NCBI GenBank assembly: GCA_965242695.1
Contig: CBDESU010000001.1
Coordinates: 960,001 to 1,024,000, forward strand
DNA length: 64,000 bases
Direction of reading: 5' to 3'
Origin: Cenarchaeum sp.
GTDB taxonomy: Archaea > Thermoproteota > Nitrososphaeria > Nitrososphaerales > Nitrosopumilaceae
Shown here: positions 43,901 to 50,817 of the stretch, one piece after another
How positions within the stretch are numbered: the stretch's first letter is position 1
Layout: every line of letters begins with the position of its first letter
Made by a program: the position numbers and the translations under genes
Notes under the pieces: generated by a model
The model's database searches: none
Told to the model about the DNA's origin: nothing
Seen by the model: the letters and a program-made list of their open reading frames with translations, nothing else

Positions 43901-44466
43901 CCAAGGCGCAAAAAGAGCCAGAGCCGGCGGCCGAGGCAGAGTCCGAGGCAGAGTCCGAACCGGAAGATGCGCCGCCCGCGCAGGCGCAGGAGCTTCGGGC
44001 GCAGGTGCAGGAGCCGCCCGCCGCGCCTCAGCCCGAGGCCGCCCCAGAGGCCGCGGCCGCAGAGGGCGGAGGCTGCCTTGTCGCAACGGCCGCGTACGGG
44101 ACCGAGCTCGCCCCGCAGGTGCAGGCGCTGCGCGAGGTTCGCGATGCCGCAGTCATGCAGACCGGGGCCGGCTCTGCGCTCTTGTCCACGTTCCATTCGG
44201 CGTACTATGCCGTCTCGCCGCAGGTCGCCGACCTGGAGCGCGAGCATCCCATATTCAGGGATGCGGTTCGCGCCGCGATCGCGCCCGCGCTCTACTCGGC
44301 GCAGATGCTCTCGCCTGCCGAGCCCGGCTCGGAGTCCGGCGTCCTCGCGTACGCCGCAGCAGCCGCAGTCGCCTCAATGGCCACGCTGTACGTTGCGGTG
44401 CCGGCCGCCGCTGCGGGCGCCGCGGCGTTCGCCAAGGGGCGGCTCGGCAACAAGGACGTCCCGTAG
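28957..44466 (+). CDS. Giant surface protein 2 (5169 aa), collinear paralogue of protein 1 with intact CFI-box-CTERM anchor
   Basis: Same domain order; ILPQAYA motif; C-terminal TM segment and basic tail. Start is TTG 28957 or ATG 29035; ttataaa at 28914-28920. Confidence 0.92.
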   Translation: MTARIGSLSWGRHGVAPDRRASTASGMLPHAQDGGRCDRPSRGRGRGARSLLPGLALAGAAVAAAALVAAAPGIVLVDDGGGDAQRASALDRILPQAYAHNARITTQDVEGFITGPHKIEMFFHQSNMVNARNLLTNPSISDGHSRPVTAYATNQGPSPLHPPSQRYPQNTWDMHHTVTVGGAAMPTDATGSLTIRDGLIWISHYNRATGTPEHWHRLHPTRHVDLHDRQPPLIDTSVRPTLDMSAGTFTFRATEPLTIGPGGATPQNVGIASLGSLTSSATVSVSGADVTITMSPATHERIDKALNSWPSSTTTTTMKFATINLRDIATRHDAEHGHYGYDLNSGRWWMPITIVRDTAPPVLVGSPRLDFNTGVLTLTFDEPITYVYMPYLFLEDGNGASRQHVTGASYPSGLDSTVVPITLSKSQLERLSSMYAASGGLRLDMHRGIVRDAASNIFPGVFDRAIDVAPDSIRPVLDAGRAPSVDLSRQRITVHFAEAMDVSRTDTSKIIVSNATGGGRVPLSDGTVSGRDGRAVTVSFPPATKAVIADMGTALRVGAEPNATRDIQGNGNDLIAPVQASYTRDTSRPGIAWHSPALDLGTGLLTIRATDVIDTDRIYPRGFSLHLADSADAHRSTDLSLAGAGVASTGSYAETMGLNLTASQRAAVVSASADGVPSAKVGIRGWAYQDYPEHNHGWYVFGAGSAPVAVAADDDPPRLASAPVVDLDNGKLRLEFDEYIDVSRLTDPAVVVSAYAGNSLLIQAAGGGRGLSMSAGQPNGTLVALDMSRALEDSAYAVDTYEDEAWYVYVPSGAFHDLSGNAFGGVANATARAAFNQSALDLASDPSLDLGSGELVFEFNRNVSAPAPASLSGIVVSAASNGTARTDMSGLPVNHTGSAVSISLTADIKAALAVANMSGALAVSVGPDVFADDHHHTFDGLANATLAVEPDRVPPSIAEGPSFDLRAGRLSIVFDEHVDMDRAQPRGITLYTNATSVSLAGATVWPQPAVDDDELVVALAPLEVLRMHHALRGGAALYANITSSTASDLSGNPFAGAVGTPVSLGRAGGGGGGVGSDVRQGAGTLGAPRGGGGGGGIGDGGSSLGASSDAQTRPPLRGAVPGAGAFEKIPGGIGGLGFDGRDGNGGPAPLYAFGYPPVLAAQSPVRLDLNTGVLEVQFALYTFIDMQDVDLSGIEIHGDGVRVSLEGASLDLAGADMVGNGLYATTVVVNLTAAQKAAAAEAGSGALIDIPYGAFTDGDPFAGVTGERIAITSDAAPPALLPGASSLDLGAGRLVLAFDEHIAAPSAVNPADFDILPGGDATARVNLDDAKSVLAYNATVEIVLSAYQKALVVGARGGPSSAAAGNASVSTAAAGAVRDASGNALPAVDALSISTLPDGAAPVLAAAPILNIGAGTLTLDFDEYVGAVAGVVPAQVSVTAQGGQSTSWQPQSLTTMENGTRLQFAFGDAQTAALRQANASATAPLALGVAAAAGIADLSGNPFALAAANLTTVDDATPPALEPETLPVLDIGRGAITMRFTEHIEAGGIDISGMAIEDASGAARVHLAGADVKPPVDPSSEYITEMDASLVITLTAAQKGAVAAAQASAGPVRIDAPPSAITDTAGFWFAGMSNHPLDIVPDTVPPAVADPPAVADPSASFPRLDMARGILSVQFDESVDAGTADPSAFTLHSVPAGSAAGTAPTSVLLGAATVLPAREGADATVLELGLTAAQLAAVSGLSGSAGAPSVNLTMAAGAVRDVSGNAFEASDVGPIAATEDGSSPVLAAEPVLDLDAGTVLVQFSEYVNASGIDLSRVSLVGVEAEAALVQLGSGGAGGSAQAFAHGLFIESADGSTRASASVLISLTGEQKALAAHASVSEISIEQGAVDDLSANSFEGIDRALLAVIPDETAPALAGNGTYLDMGDGVLHAVFDEHIDPAEVDPSRIALSIYGASANGSAPSLVGLDGAAPLRSALYTADASMQLTAAQRAAVQDAINEAGGRADEAAIEIIVLPGGAAADLSGNGAARSSAAVELRADGSAPALAGAAPAVLNLAEGTLTLNFDEYVDASSANASAIAIEDQAEVRRTSLDDASLADISDSDRIVVLLTPAQRAAAQAANASADGPVRIDIAAAGPAFRDLAGNAFGGASNLNVSTTNDSADPELVGSPALDLDSAKATLTLRFDKRIPAGAADASGMYVQGADGTTGTTQLAGAAVSHRQAAGGQGTYVVVSLTAAQKASVVASYMATDTPAATLDVSPSAIEDQWHNRFAGLAAEPLSDTADETPPGMIGAPVVDLGAGTIRIEFDEYVRASSANASALSIMTGGTPTALAGAHTLTGEDGPSVLLAMTADQKAAAESEYNGAGYLTVTAGASLVSDIARNPFAAGAPAANATVHLDSLPPALLQAPPPSLDLGTGRLVLEFDEHVDVSEVDLSAASIVLPPAPSSSGRTAPQPVGLSGASAAPSSDGQRVEIELTAGQRGTLIAGGAASPGHAGAQLRLGQGFVLDLGGNPTAAVQAVRMDVAPDGAAPSLDSEAPPTLDLGSGALRIAFTEQVDPAESDLARVSIAASASADAPRIQLASAHVEPRDGGTTVLTLLLTRDEKGSLPASSQGGNLDEARLYVGSGAFSDLSGNAIASSEADVSVSADTTLPLLDRSADPLYNSARSTIEFDFDEYVDTAAVDPSKITVRSHASSPPVSIVLNASSPVAAAEEGRTGSWHRIAVDLVAGTPQADAVADAAAAAGAGAAGQLRIDVERGAFSDLSGNEFAGLGNHTLASADDALAPALVGPPSLDLGSGTLFLRFGEPVLAAPGVLQTSDILIGGPNGSDPIALDRSRVVAQDTGRTGASPLAEISLDAHDLARARALYLDSAGAMTITVPAADIRDRAYNEFAGLDRAHLDVVPDAAGPSLAPAAGPVLDMAAGILSVPFDEGIDAARIDPSGVALRLAGGGGGDRQAATGTALAGSHATVAGSGGIATVAVVELSHAQKAALAADADAAEASSNADPRVWIAAGSFYDVSGNAAPAVERARLSVVPDDRPPAIDAAAAPVLDLGEQALEIHFDEYVHAAAADLSLIDVSVIDGSGDGDGRHRIPLDAARVEPSGASDGDTDTIRILLTAGQAAALATAVESSALIGFGDPALLVISDGAVADLSGNAIAGPAGGAGTAARLAVIPDGIPPALDPARPSVLDMSAGALTVWLDEHVDAGAADLSRLALAASGGAGSGTPSPSISLAGAAADALQPAAGPYGTDAVVVRLTHVQKAWASAASAAGAAITLSASPGALYDLSGNAMPATAAASPVRVGALADTARPQLDGLPVLNLALGTLMFDLDEFADATKVAASGMSVEGADAANSTTLAGAAVSDVPHGADAGLPDTYSDRIIVEPTAAQNASIQAYAQPIRLAGLPAGSLSDLAGNGIERLVRVPLIHTNDTSGPALESAAVDLRDGDVMLEFNEDIDAAGAVISHMSLSPPGSDPASYYLAGADILLPPGGAPTDRMELRLSGAQKASVALAYASSGSLAFAAPAGAIDDPFGNHAAVLNMTADVDEDDSPPELLRTGPQAPVLDLGSGVLTLRFDEYVSTAGIDASAISMRGIGGESAASPEAVALAGSEVEAGAGALAAASGTYSDMVVVSLSPAKKAAAVQSVGYDSLAALLDIGASASIADPSSARLAAVSDAHLLVRPDHAPPHIVTGRTVLDLAAGTLVVALDEHVLPNRADASRITVSGTAPGAAVVRLAGASVSTAGGSSDTVTFKLTGAQAAAAAAATLAAAGSGGDAPRHEASLRIDAGAFVDPSGNTFAGAADVRPAATLPPVSVLGASVESPEAVLVKYTHNLTSSSPSSDYSLAIDGAQRAVSGVDGSGTASHTVGFGPAAAAPDAAGMLDIGRLAGIGETLYEFSGAVAVPVLDGQNPSALSAFAVNSSALTVSFDEAVAGVDASDFASVSPSGDGGAPASAVSVSGAGASRLVVLDREIFAAGAGGTIGGVPAGAYTDAAGNPGSAIDGLPVSAPSGAVRAAGTAPVYLAAGTLVRNVSGTSPSIDLTGLGGAFPRTGDFVLSADGLATVTFAAGTTVSGLPAGAAPVLSISVANRTVPDRSVIGAGQLVLVEIGSASADIVLDRPARIEIAGAAGRSMFWMDAGGRVSLIDAACDADSLAAAEAQLDAGQECAVDAGAAKAIYTYHLTVFGAVAPPPRAPSPGPGAVPAAAGTCAPDPSKCSYVAATAASAAPASGGGFGATAGAPAAVSPYDGMLYAAGPATNQTLGESVYVLDPARGHAVVAEIGLQTDPEHPARMRVVAIAPDASSDSPLVRATAMRESSEPPVRELPMLLVIDASDRTLARHGALLYTDQVGRTVESGAPALLAAADAGGSSALDGLAYVGMQTVPSGVPAMRLDGGPVLLVNTTGESARVEPMYVPGGPEGVPAFPSPDAGGYYYPREGWQPTAMAADGRTLYMVGAAWQRGPAAEPSSNTFGLLTLSFAGNASGSAGGQEMPTPRYALAGAVELASLPDADADNSSFTAAGMALDTARSRLYVQYGNGTIASYALGPAEDGAARLPSYLHVVGTAADPRGLALDAGTGILYAAAGDSVLVYDASDSRRIAAVEIGPGGAAGLSVSPVVPQGAGGAPVYAIPAVQGDPLRIIRAVDAPSVAAVSAPAGSYGAGSSVPITVAFTRDVVVAGGIPALALDVRRAADSAPAAATYQGGSGTRSLEFSYAVMAGDASPDLMYAGTDALTLPAGASIAGASGDMQNASLALPAPGPMGGAGGAVRIGAADAPPPVVVATPAGAGSPAGPFGFGGGGGGGGGGGGGSGGRTGLAVGAGPALEVSSVSWDCDRGLAWITLGGLPAGSSASLPDVSILASSGTTAARAAPGAAAAAGMATYEADLPEDEVFLVRATLVDGREAASVSKTVRTAGQCAGEAVFGSGSAGAGQAAAAAGMPDAAPDPRPAPAPSPGSAAEDDGTEGRPDAPAPKAQKEPEPAAEAESEAESEPEDAPPAQAQELRAQVQEPPAAPQPEAAPEAAAAEGGGCLVATAAYGTELAPQVQALREVRDAAVMQTGAGSALLSTFHSAYYAVSPQVADLEREHPIFRDAVRAAIAPALYSAQMLSPAEPGSESGVLAYAAAAAVASMATLYVAVPAAAAGAAAFAKGRLGNKDVP

Positions 44467-44687
44467 GCATCGCGGGCATTTGCGCAGCGGCTGGCCACCC
44501 TCTGCCCTCCGTCGCCCGCCGCAGCACCTCCGCCCCGTCCCGCCGCCCCGGTGCCCGAATGTTCGCGCGATCCGCTCCGCCGCGCGTCCTGCGCCGCTGC
44601 GGCGGCCTAGCGGTTCGCGCAACGCCATTTTTATGGCCCTTATAAGGATCGTATTATACATAAATACTACTGCGCTTGCACCCCGGC

Positions 44688-46733
44688 ATGGCCCGGAGAA
44701 GGTACCGGTTTCCGCTCACGTCGCACATGATGCGCCAGAGCCCCCACGACATCATGGTCAGGATGGCCGAGAACAAGGCGGACTCGGGCGGCGTGATCCT
44801 GCGCATCAAGAGGTCGATAGTCGCAGACTCGGCGACCGCAGTGGAAAAGTTTACCCAGTGGCGGCTGGAGATAAAGCTAGAGTCCGAGAACGGCGGGAAA
44901 CGCATAACCGTGCGCATCGAGGACATTGGCGTGGACGCAAGCGTGCCGCGGGCGCGCATCGATGCGGCGATGGGCATCTACCTGAACGCAAAGGCCGTCA
45001 GGCGCGTGGCCGTCAGGTGCGGGCTGGGCGGCCTGCTGCTGTGGATAGACGGGGGCGGCCTGCAGCGCCTCGAGGCCATGCTCAGGGAGCGTCACGCCCA
45101 CATCCACTCGTTCTCGCACGAGTATCCCGACGACGTGGGCGCGTGCAGGACGGCCGAAGCGGTGCTCCGCGCCGGCCTGGACGACCGCCCGATCGACAGG
45201 GCCGCCGCCAAGCTGATAGAGGGCAGATTCATGGAGATGGCGGGGCGCGGCGGCGAGGCGCGCGCCGCGTACGAGACCGCCCTGGAGGACTGCAAGGGCT
45301 GCAAGGGCGGCGGCAAGGAGGGCGCGCTGGCCCTCGTCTGCTCGGGGCATGCGCTCGCCCACCTGGGGCGGGACGAAGAGGCGGAGGCCGCCCTTTGGGA
45401 TGCAGTCAAGGCGGATCCTGGCAGCCACCTTGCGTACCTCGAGCTCGGGCACCTGGCGCTGCTGGCCGGCCGCCACGCCGATGCGGGCCGCATGTACGCA
45501 AGGGCCATCGAGATCGACCCGTCGTACGCCCCGGCGCGCGTGTTCCAAGGGCATGTGCTGCTCGTGGTTGATGTCCCGGGAGGCGGGCGCGCCGCCGGGT
45601 ACTACGAGGCCGGACTCGCGCTGGATCCCCACGACGTGTCGGCGCACGTGGGATGGGGCCTCGACATGGCCGCGCAGGGCCTGCACGCCGAGGCGGCCGA
45701 GCACTTCAAGGAGGGCATGCGGATCGACCCCGACGACGCGGCCCCGCGCGTGGCGCTCGGGCATGCAATGGCCGCGCTCGGCCGCGATGCGGATGCGGCC
45801 GGCGCGTACGAGGAGGCGATCGAGATGGGCGCGGGGCTCGGAATCCGCGGCGGCGCGGCCGGCCGCGCGGTCGACAGGACGATTCGCCTGAGGTTCAGGC
45901 TAGGCGGCGTGTCTGCGCATGTCGGCCTGGCCGGCGCCATGGCGAGGATGGGGCGCGGCGAGGAGGCGCTGGCGCGCTACAGGGAGGCGGCAGATCTTGA
46001 CGGCGGCAGTGCCGAGGCGCACGCGGGCGCGGCGAGGATGCTGGCCGCCCTCGGGCAGTGGGAGGCGGCAATCCCCGAGTACCGCGCGGCGATCGAGATC
46101 GACCCGCGCAGTGCAAGGGCGCACCTGGGACTAGCAGACGCACTCTTGAATGCCGGCCGCCCCGAGGAGGCCGCTTACGAGTACCGCGCGGCGATCGAGA
46201 TCGACCCGCGCAGTGCAAGGGCGCACCTTGGCCTGGCAAGCGCACTCTCAAAGGCGGGCCGCCCCGAGGAGGCCGCTTACGAGTACCGCGCGGCGATCGA
46301 GATCGACCCGCGCAGTGCAAGGGCGCACCTGGGACTAGCAGACGCACTCTTGAATGCCGGCCGCCCCGAGGAGGCCGCTTACGAGTACCGCGCGGCGATC
46401 GAGATCGACCCGCGCAGTGCAAGGGCGCACCTTGGCCTGGCAAGCGCACTCTCAAAGGCGGGCCGCCCCGAGGAGGCCGCTTACGAGTACCGCGCGGCGA
46501 TCGAGATCGACCCGCGCAGTGCAAGGGCGCACCTGGGACTAGCAGACGCACTCTTGAATGCCGGCCGCCCCGAGGAGGCCGCTTACGAGTACCGCGCGGC
46601 GATCGAGATCGACCCGCGCAGTGCAAGGGCGCACCTTGGCCTGGCAAGCGCATTGTCCGCTGAAAAAATGACGATAGAGGCGCAGCGCGCATACGAGCGC
46701 GCCGTCGAGCTTGATCCCGGCATAGGCGGGTGA
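44688..46733 (+). CDS. TPR-repeat protein with unknown N-terminal domain
   Basis: Many 34-aa 'YRAAIEIDPRSARAHLGLA' units; TATA-rich 44652-44666. Confidence 0.9.
   Translation: MARRRYRFPLTSHMMRQSPHDIMVRMAENKADSGGVILRIKRSIVADSATAVEKFTQWRLEIKLESENGGKRITVRIEDIGVDASVPRARIDAAMGIYLNAKAVRRVAVRCGLGGLLLWIDGGGLQRLEAMLRERHAHIHSFSHEYPDDVGACRTAEAVLRAGLDDRPIDRAAAKLIEGRFMEMAGRGGEARAAYETALEDCKGCKGGGKEGALALVCSGHALAHLGRDEEAEAALWDAVKADPGSHLAYLELGHLALLAGRHADAGRMYARAIEIDPSYAPARVFQGHVLLVVDVPGGGRAAGYYEAGLALDPHDVSAHVGWGLDMAAQGLHAEAAEHFKEGMRIDPDDAAPRVALGHAMAALGRDADAAGAYEEAIEMGAGLGIRGGAAGRAVDRTIRLRFRLGGVSAHVGLAGAMARMGRGEEALARYREAADLDGGSAEAHAGAARMLAALGQWEAAIPEYRAAIEIDPRSARAHLGLADALLNAGRPEEAAYEYRAAIEIDPRSARAHLGLASALSKAGRPEEAAYEYRAAIEIDPRSARAHLGLADALLNAGRPEEAAYEYRAAIEIDPRSARAHLGLASALSKAGRPEEAAYEYRAAIEIDPRSARAHLGLADALLNAGRPEEAAYEYRAAIEIDPRSARAHLGLASALSAEKMTIEAQRAYERAVELDPGIGG
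46077..46652 (+). repeat. 102-bp TPR-coding tandem repeats in A-B-A-B-A-B' order (204-bp higher-order unit)
   Basis: Units start at 46077, 46179, 46281, 46383, 46485 and 46587. A encodes LADALLNAG; B encodes LASALSKAG. Confidence 0.95.
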
Positions 46734-46842
46734 CGCTACGAAGGATTCGAGGGAGGGGGCGTATAACGGCGGCGCGAGTGGCGGCGCGACAGCTGTACCA
46801 TGCCCAATTTGACGAGTAGAAAAAAGGCCAGGGGCGGCCGAT

Positions 46843-47298
46843 CTAGCAGGATCGACGAGCCGTCATGTTAATGTACTCGCGTCGGAACATCTCGAAGTTG
46901 CCCACCATGATCTGATGGTTTGTCGCATCTTCAATGTTACGCCTAGTGCACTCGTCGGTGATCTCGTCGGTGATCTCGTCGGTGATCTCGTCGGTGATCT
47001 CGTCGAGCGTCTCCTTGTGCATTCGATCCATGTACTCGCCAACGGTCATCCCCATGCGCGCCTCGTAGTCTGCCTTGGACTTCTCCATGTACTCCTCGCG
47101 GCCGTCGTCCTCCTCGGGCATATTCTTGAGCCACTCTTCATACCACGCCAGCCACGCCGTGTCGTTCCTAACCTTTGCGCCCACGGAGAGCCACCTCAGG
47201 AACGCATCGAACGGCATGACGTACTTGGCATCCTGCCCCGCCGCCGGGCCGCCGCCAGAACCGCCGCCCCGCGCAGGCACCTGCCTTGTCACGCTCAT
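46843..47298 (-). CDS. Small helical hypothetical protein with (DEIT)n tract
   Basis: Paralogue at 48610-49077; TATA-like tatatg at about 47321; convergent with the TPR gene. Confidence 0.75.
   Translation of the reverse strand: MSVTRQVPARGGGSGGGPAAGQDAKYVMPFDAFLRWLSVGAKVRNDTAWLAWYEEWLKNMPEEDDGREEYMEKSKADYEARMGMTVGEYMDRMHKETLDEITDEITDEITDEITDECTRRNIEDATNHQIMVGNFEMFRREYINMTARRSC
46951..47005. repeat. 12-bp VNTR ctcgtcggtgat, about 4.6 copies
   Basis: Read directly. Confidence 0.95.
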
Positions 47299-47524
47299 CA
47301 AACTGCGGCGGCAAGGCCCCTATATGAGCATTGTGTACGACAAAAAAGGGCGGTCCAGGATGTGATCAGGTCCACTACCCGTGTGATTGGGCCGGCACAG
47401 GCAGGCCGACACCTTGATGGCATGTCACATGCCGTACGCTCCGCTAGGGCGGCAGGCACTGTCGGGCGGCTTGCAGGGTGGCGGTACAAGAGGGACAGAA
47501 TCTAGCTCGCGTTGGTCTTCTACT

Positions 47525-48545
47525 GTGTCGGCGCACTGGGAGTGGGCATCGACAGGGCTACGCCGGGCCTGCATGGATGCGGCCATGTACTTGAGGGCGT
47601 GTAGATCGACCCCGACGATGCGGCCCCGCGCGTGGCGCTCGGGCATGCAGTGGCTGCGCCCGGTCGCGATGCGGATGCGGCCGGCGCATACGAGAGGCGA
47701 TCGAGATGGGCGCGGGGCTCGGAACCCGCGGCGGCGCCGCCGGCCGCGCGGTCGACAGGACGATTCGCCTGAGGTTCAGGCTAGGCGGCGTGTCTGCGCA
47801 CGTCGGCCTGGCCGCCGCCATGGCGAGGATTGGGCGCGCCGAGGAGGCGCTGGCGCGCTACAGGGAGGCGGCAGATCTTGACGGCGGCAGTGCCGAGGCG
47901 CACGCGGGCGCGGCGAGGATGCTGGCCGCCCTCGGGCAGTGGGAGGCGGCAATCCCCGAGTATCGCAGGGCGATCGAGATCGACCCGCGCAGTGCCGAGG
48001 CGCACCTTGGCCTGGCAAGCGCACTCTCAAAGGCGGGCCGCCCCGAAGAGGCCGCTTACGAGTACCGCGCGGCGATCGAGATCGACCCGCGCAGTGCCGA
48101 GGCGCACCTTGGCCTGGCCGACTCGCTCTCAAGTATGGGCCGCCCCGAAGAGGCCGCTTACGAGTACCGCGCGGCGATCGAGATCGACCCGCGCAGTGCC
48201 GAGGCGCACCTTGGCCTGGCCGACTCGCTCTCAAGTATGGGCCGCCCCGAAGAGGCCGCTTACGAGTACCGCGCGGCGATCGAGATCGACCCGCGCAGTG
48301 CCGAGGCGCACCTTGGCCTGGCCGACTCGCTCTCAAGTATGGGCCGCCCCGAAGAGGCCGCTTACGAGTACCGCGCGGCGATCGAGATCGACCCGCGCAG
48401 TGCCGAGGCGCACCTTGGCCTGGCAAACGCGCTGTCCGCTACGAAAATGACTACAGAGGCACAGCGCGCATACGAGCGCGCCGTCGAGCTTGATCCCGGC
48501 ATAGGCGGGCGACGCTATGAAGAATTAGATGGATGGGGCGCATAA
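47525..48545 (+). pseudogene. 5'-truncated duplicate of the TPR gene (ORF 47706-48545 still open)
   Basis: 47525-47705 is a frameshifted copy of about 45636-45825. Three identical 102-bp LADSLSSMG units lie at 48060-48365. Confidence 0.8.
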
Positions 48546-48609
48546 CGGCGGCGCGACAGCTGTACCATGCCCAATTTGACGAGCAGAAGAAGGGCTAGGG
48601 GCCGCCGAT

Positions 48610-49077
48610 CTAGGAGGATCGGCGAGCAGTCATGTCAACGTACTCGCGCCGAAACATCTCAAAGTTGCCTACCATGATCTGCTTGTTTGTCGCCTTTTCA
48701 ATGTTCCGCCTAGTGCACTCGTCGCTGATCCTGTCGCTGATCCTGTCGCTGATCCTGTCGCTGATCCTGTCGCTGATCCTGTCGCGCATCTCCTTGCGCA
48801 TTTGATCCATGTACTCGTCAACGGTCATCCCAATGCGCGCCTCGTAGTCTGCCTTGGACCTCTCCATGTACTCCTCGCGGCCGTCGTTCTCCTCGGGCAT
48901 GTTCTTGAGCCACTCTTCATACCGCTCCAGCCACGCCGTGTCCTTCCTAGCCCTTGCGCCCACGGAGAGCCACCTCAGGAACGCATCGAACGGCATGACG
49001 TACTTGGCATCCTGCCCCGCCGCCGGGCCGCCGCCAGAACTACCGCCCCGCGCAGGCACCTGCCTTGTCACGCTCAT
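48610..49077 (-). CDS. Small helical hypothetical protein with (DRIS)n tract
   Basis: Paralogue of 46843-47298. Confidence 0.75.
   Translation of the reverse strand: MSVTRQVPARGGSSGGGPAAGQDAKYVMPFDAFLRWLSVGARARKDTAWLERYEEWLKNMPEENDGREEYMERSKADYEARIGMTVDEYMDQMRKEMRDRISDRISDRISDRISDRISDECTRRNIEKATNKQIMVGNFEMFRREYVDMTARRSS
48721..48785. repeat. 12-bp VNTR gtcgctgatcct, about 5.4 copies
   Basis: Read directly. Confidence 0.95.
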
Positions 49078-49276
49078 CAAACTGCGGCGGCGGCGCCCCT
49101 ATATGAGCATATGGTACGGCAAAAAAAGAGGTGCCAGTCCCGACGGATTTGGCTGGCGCAGCCGGGCCGCATCGACAGAAGCCACCCTTGGCAGTGTTCG
49201 AGTCGAGCCAGCGCATGCCTGCAAGTCGCGGCCGTCGTCGAATGCTCGGCGGCGCACGGGCAACACATGGCCGTAC

Positions 49277-49374
49277 GCACAATGTTTCTAAATTCGAATT
49301 TTGAAATATTGTGGTTCCGGGCCTCGTGACGCGGCGGTTGCGTGCACAATGTTTCTAAATTCGAATTTTGAAAT
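49277..49374. repeat. Two identical 31-bp palindromic motifs with 67-bp period
   Basis: gcacaatgtttctaaattcgaattttgaaat at 49277 and 49344. Confidence 0.9.
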
Positions 49375-49416
49375 GCCAAATGCCGACGGCGGCGGGCACG
49401 GCCGCGGCCGCCGGGA

Positions 49417-49905
49417 TCAGCAGTTGAGCAGGCACACGACGCCAACGTCCAGCGACGACTGCACCTTTGTCGGGACGATGTCGATGCTGTACCTCGCATC
49501 CTCGTCAAACGGCACGTCAAACTGCGTCGTCCACACAGACTCCTCGCCCGGCTGGATGTAGTAGTCGAGCAGGTCCTCGTCGCTGAACCCCCCGTATACG
49601 GGCTGCGTCTTTGTCCCCTCTTCGTCGACGATGCGAAACTGCCAGCCGGACATGCGCGTCTCCTCGTCGCCGAGGTTGGTCGCGTGTATGCGGATCTTTA
49701 CAAAGACGTTGTCCGGGACGGTATCCTCGTCGCCCTCGTGGGTTCCCTCGTACTCTACGACGTACCGCACGGGCCCCACCGTGACGGGCTCGCCCACCCC
49801 CACCCTGGCCACGTCCGGCTGGTACTCGCCGTAAAAGTAGTAGAGGGCAATGCCCATCGAGGCCACGATGGCGGCCACCACGACGACGATTCCGGCGCTG
49901 ATCAT
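49417..49905 (-). CDS. Membrane-anchored DUF4352-like Ig-fold protein
   Basis: N-terminal TM segment; 'VGEPVTVGPVRY...FVKIRIHATN...IQPGEES...FDVP'; TATA-like at about 49928-49933. Confidence 0.75.
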   Translation of the reverse strand: MISAGIVVVVAAIVASMGIALYYFYGEYQPDVARVGVGEPVTVGPVRYVVEYEGTHEGDEDTVPDNVFVKIRIHATNLGDEETRMSGWQFRIVDEEGTKTQPVYGGFSDEDLLDYYIQPGEESVWTTQFDVPFDEDARYSIDIVPTKVQSSLDVGVVCLLNC

Positions 49906-50168
49906 GCGCCGGCGGGTCGGGCGCGCGTATTTAGAGCGTGCGCGGAGGGGCCGCGCATGCCCCAATGTCCGCCGTACGACCCCCCCGTGTCCGGCCCCGG
50001 ATGGGCCGCCCGGACGGGCGGATTTGCGCGCAGGCTTGCCCCGATCCCGGCAGTGGCGAGGGGTTTAGCTTTTAGGCGCAGGCCCGAAAGCGGCCACATG
50101 TCGAGCTGCGCAACCGCCATTGTTCTGCTGGTGCCGCGCACATGCAGGCGCCGGCGTTAAACCCCCCG

Positions 50169-50720
50169 TCAAACCGGCATTTTCGACGAGGCGTCCCACA
50201 GGCGTGGATCCTCGTTTGGCCTGGGGGGGTTTAACGAATAGGCGTTGGCGTCTAGCGCGCCGGCTATCCACTCGTCCAAGAGGTCGCCGGCTATCGTAAT
50301 ATGGACGATGCGGCGGCGCAGGTCGTCCTTGGTGAGGCGGGCCGGCGAGAATATGACGCACTCTATCACGGCCACGAGCGTGTCGTATTTGTCGAGCGTC
50401 CCGTCCATCCCCGCATAGGCCCTGTCCAGGCTCGGTATCTGATCGAACTGCTCGGTCAGCTCCTCGTAGAACGCGCGCTTGTCGGCAGCCCGCAGCCGCA
50501 GGAACACGCCCTTTTGGCGGGCCGAGAACTTGCAGGTCGAGGATACTGCGAGTATGCCCGGGTCGCGCCGCGGCCTGTACACCTCGATGCGGTTGCCGTG
50601 CCGGCCGGCGTGGTCCATGACGAACTTGAACGACTCGCCCGACTTTGACACGGGGCGGAAGGGGTAGTTGAGGTCTGCAAGCCACCGCCTGACCATCGCC
50701 TTTAGCGTCTGGACGTGCAA
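50169..50720 (-). CDS. Hypothetical protein, DUF2299-like
   Basis: 'VRRWLADLNY...IEVYRP...ILAV...KRAFYEEL'. TTG 50720 lies about 25 bp from atatatt (50746-50752). Confidence 0.6.
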   Translation of the reverse strand: MHVQTLKAMVRRWLADLNYPFRPVSKSGESFKFVMDHAGRHGNRIEVYRPRRDPGILAVSSTCKFSARQKGVFLRLRAADKRAFYEELTEQFDQIPSLDRAYAGMDGTLDKYDTLVAVIECVIFSPARLTKDDLRRRIVHITIAGDLLDEWIAGALDANAYSLNPPRPNEDPRLWDASSKMPV

Positions 50721-50761
50721 TGCGCCCGCCCCCTGCTGGCCGCCCAATATATGGCTCGCCG

Positions 50762-50796
50762 GCACAATGTTTCCAAACTCGGGTTTTGAAACATTG
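50762..50796. promoter_or_regulatory. Third copy of the palindromic motif, just upstream of a TATA box
   Basis: gcacaatgtttccaaactcgggttttgaaacattg. Confidence 0.7.
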
Positions 50797-50817
50797 GGCG
50801 CAGGGGGGGGCAGCCGG

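Noticed and set aside
13100-44500. Numerous long antisense or alternate-frame ORFs (e.g. 32496-35645, 25535-28261)
   Set aside because: They are shadows of GC-rich coding frames with no protein motifs.
46731-46766. TGA shortening the first TPR copy relative to the second (CGA)
   Set aside because: It removes only about 11 terminal residues; trivial.
50762-50796. Bacterial parS (TGTTTC...GAAACA)
   Set aside because: The arms are separated by 14 bp rather than 4 bp, and no parAB is nearby.
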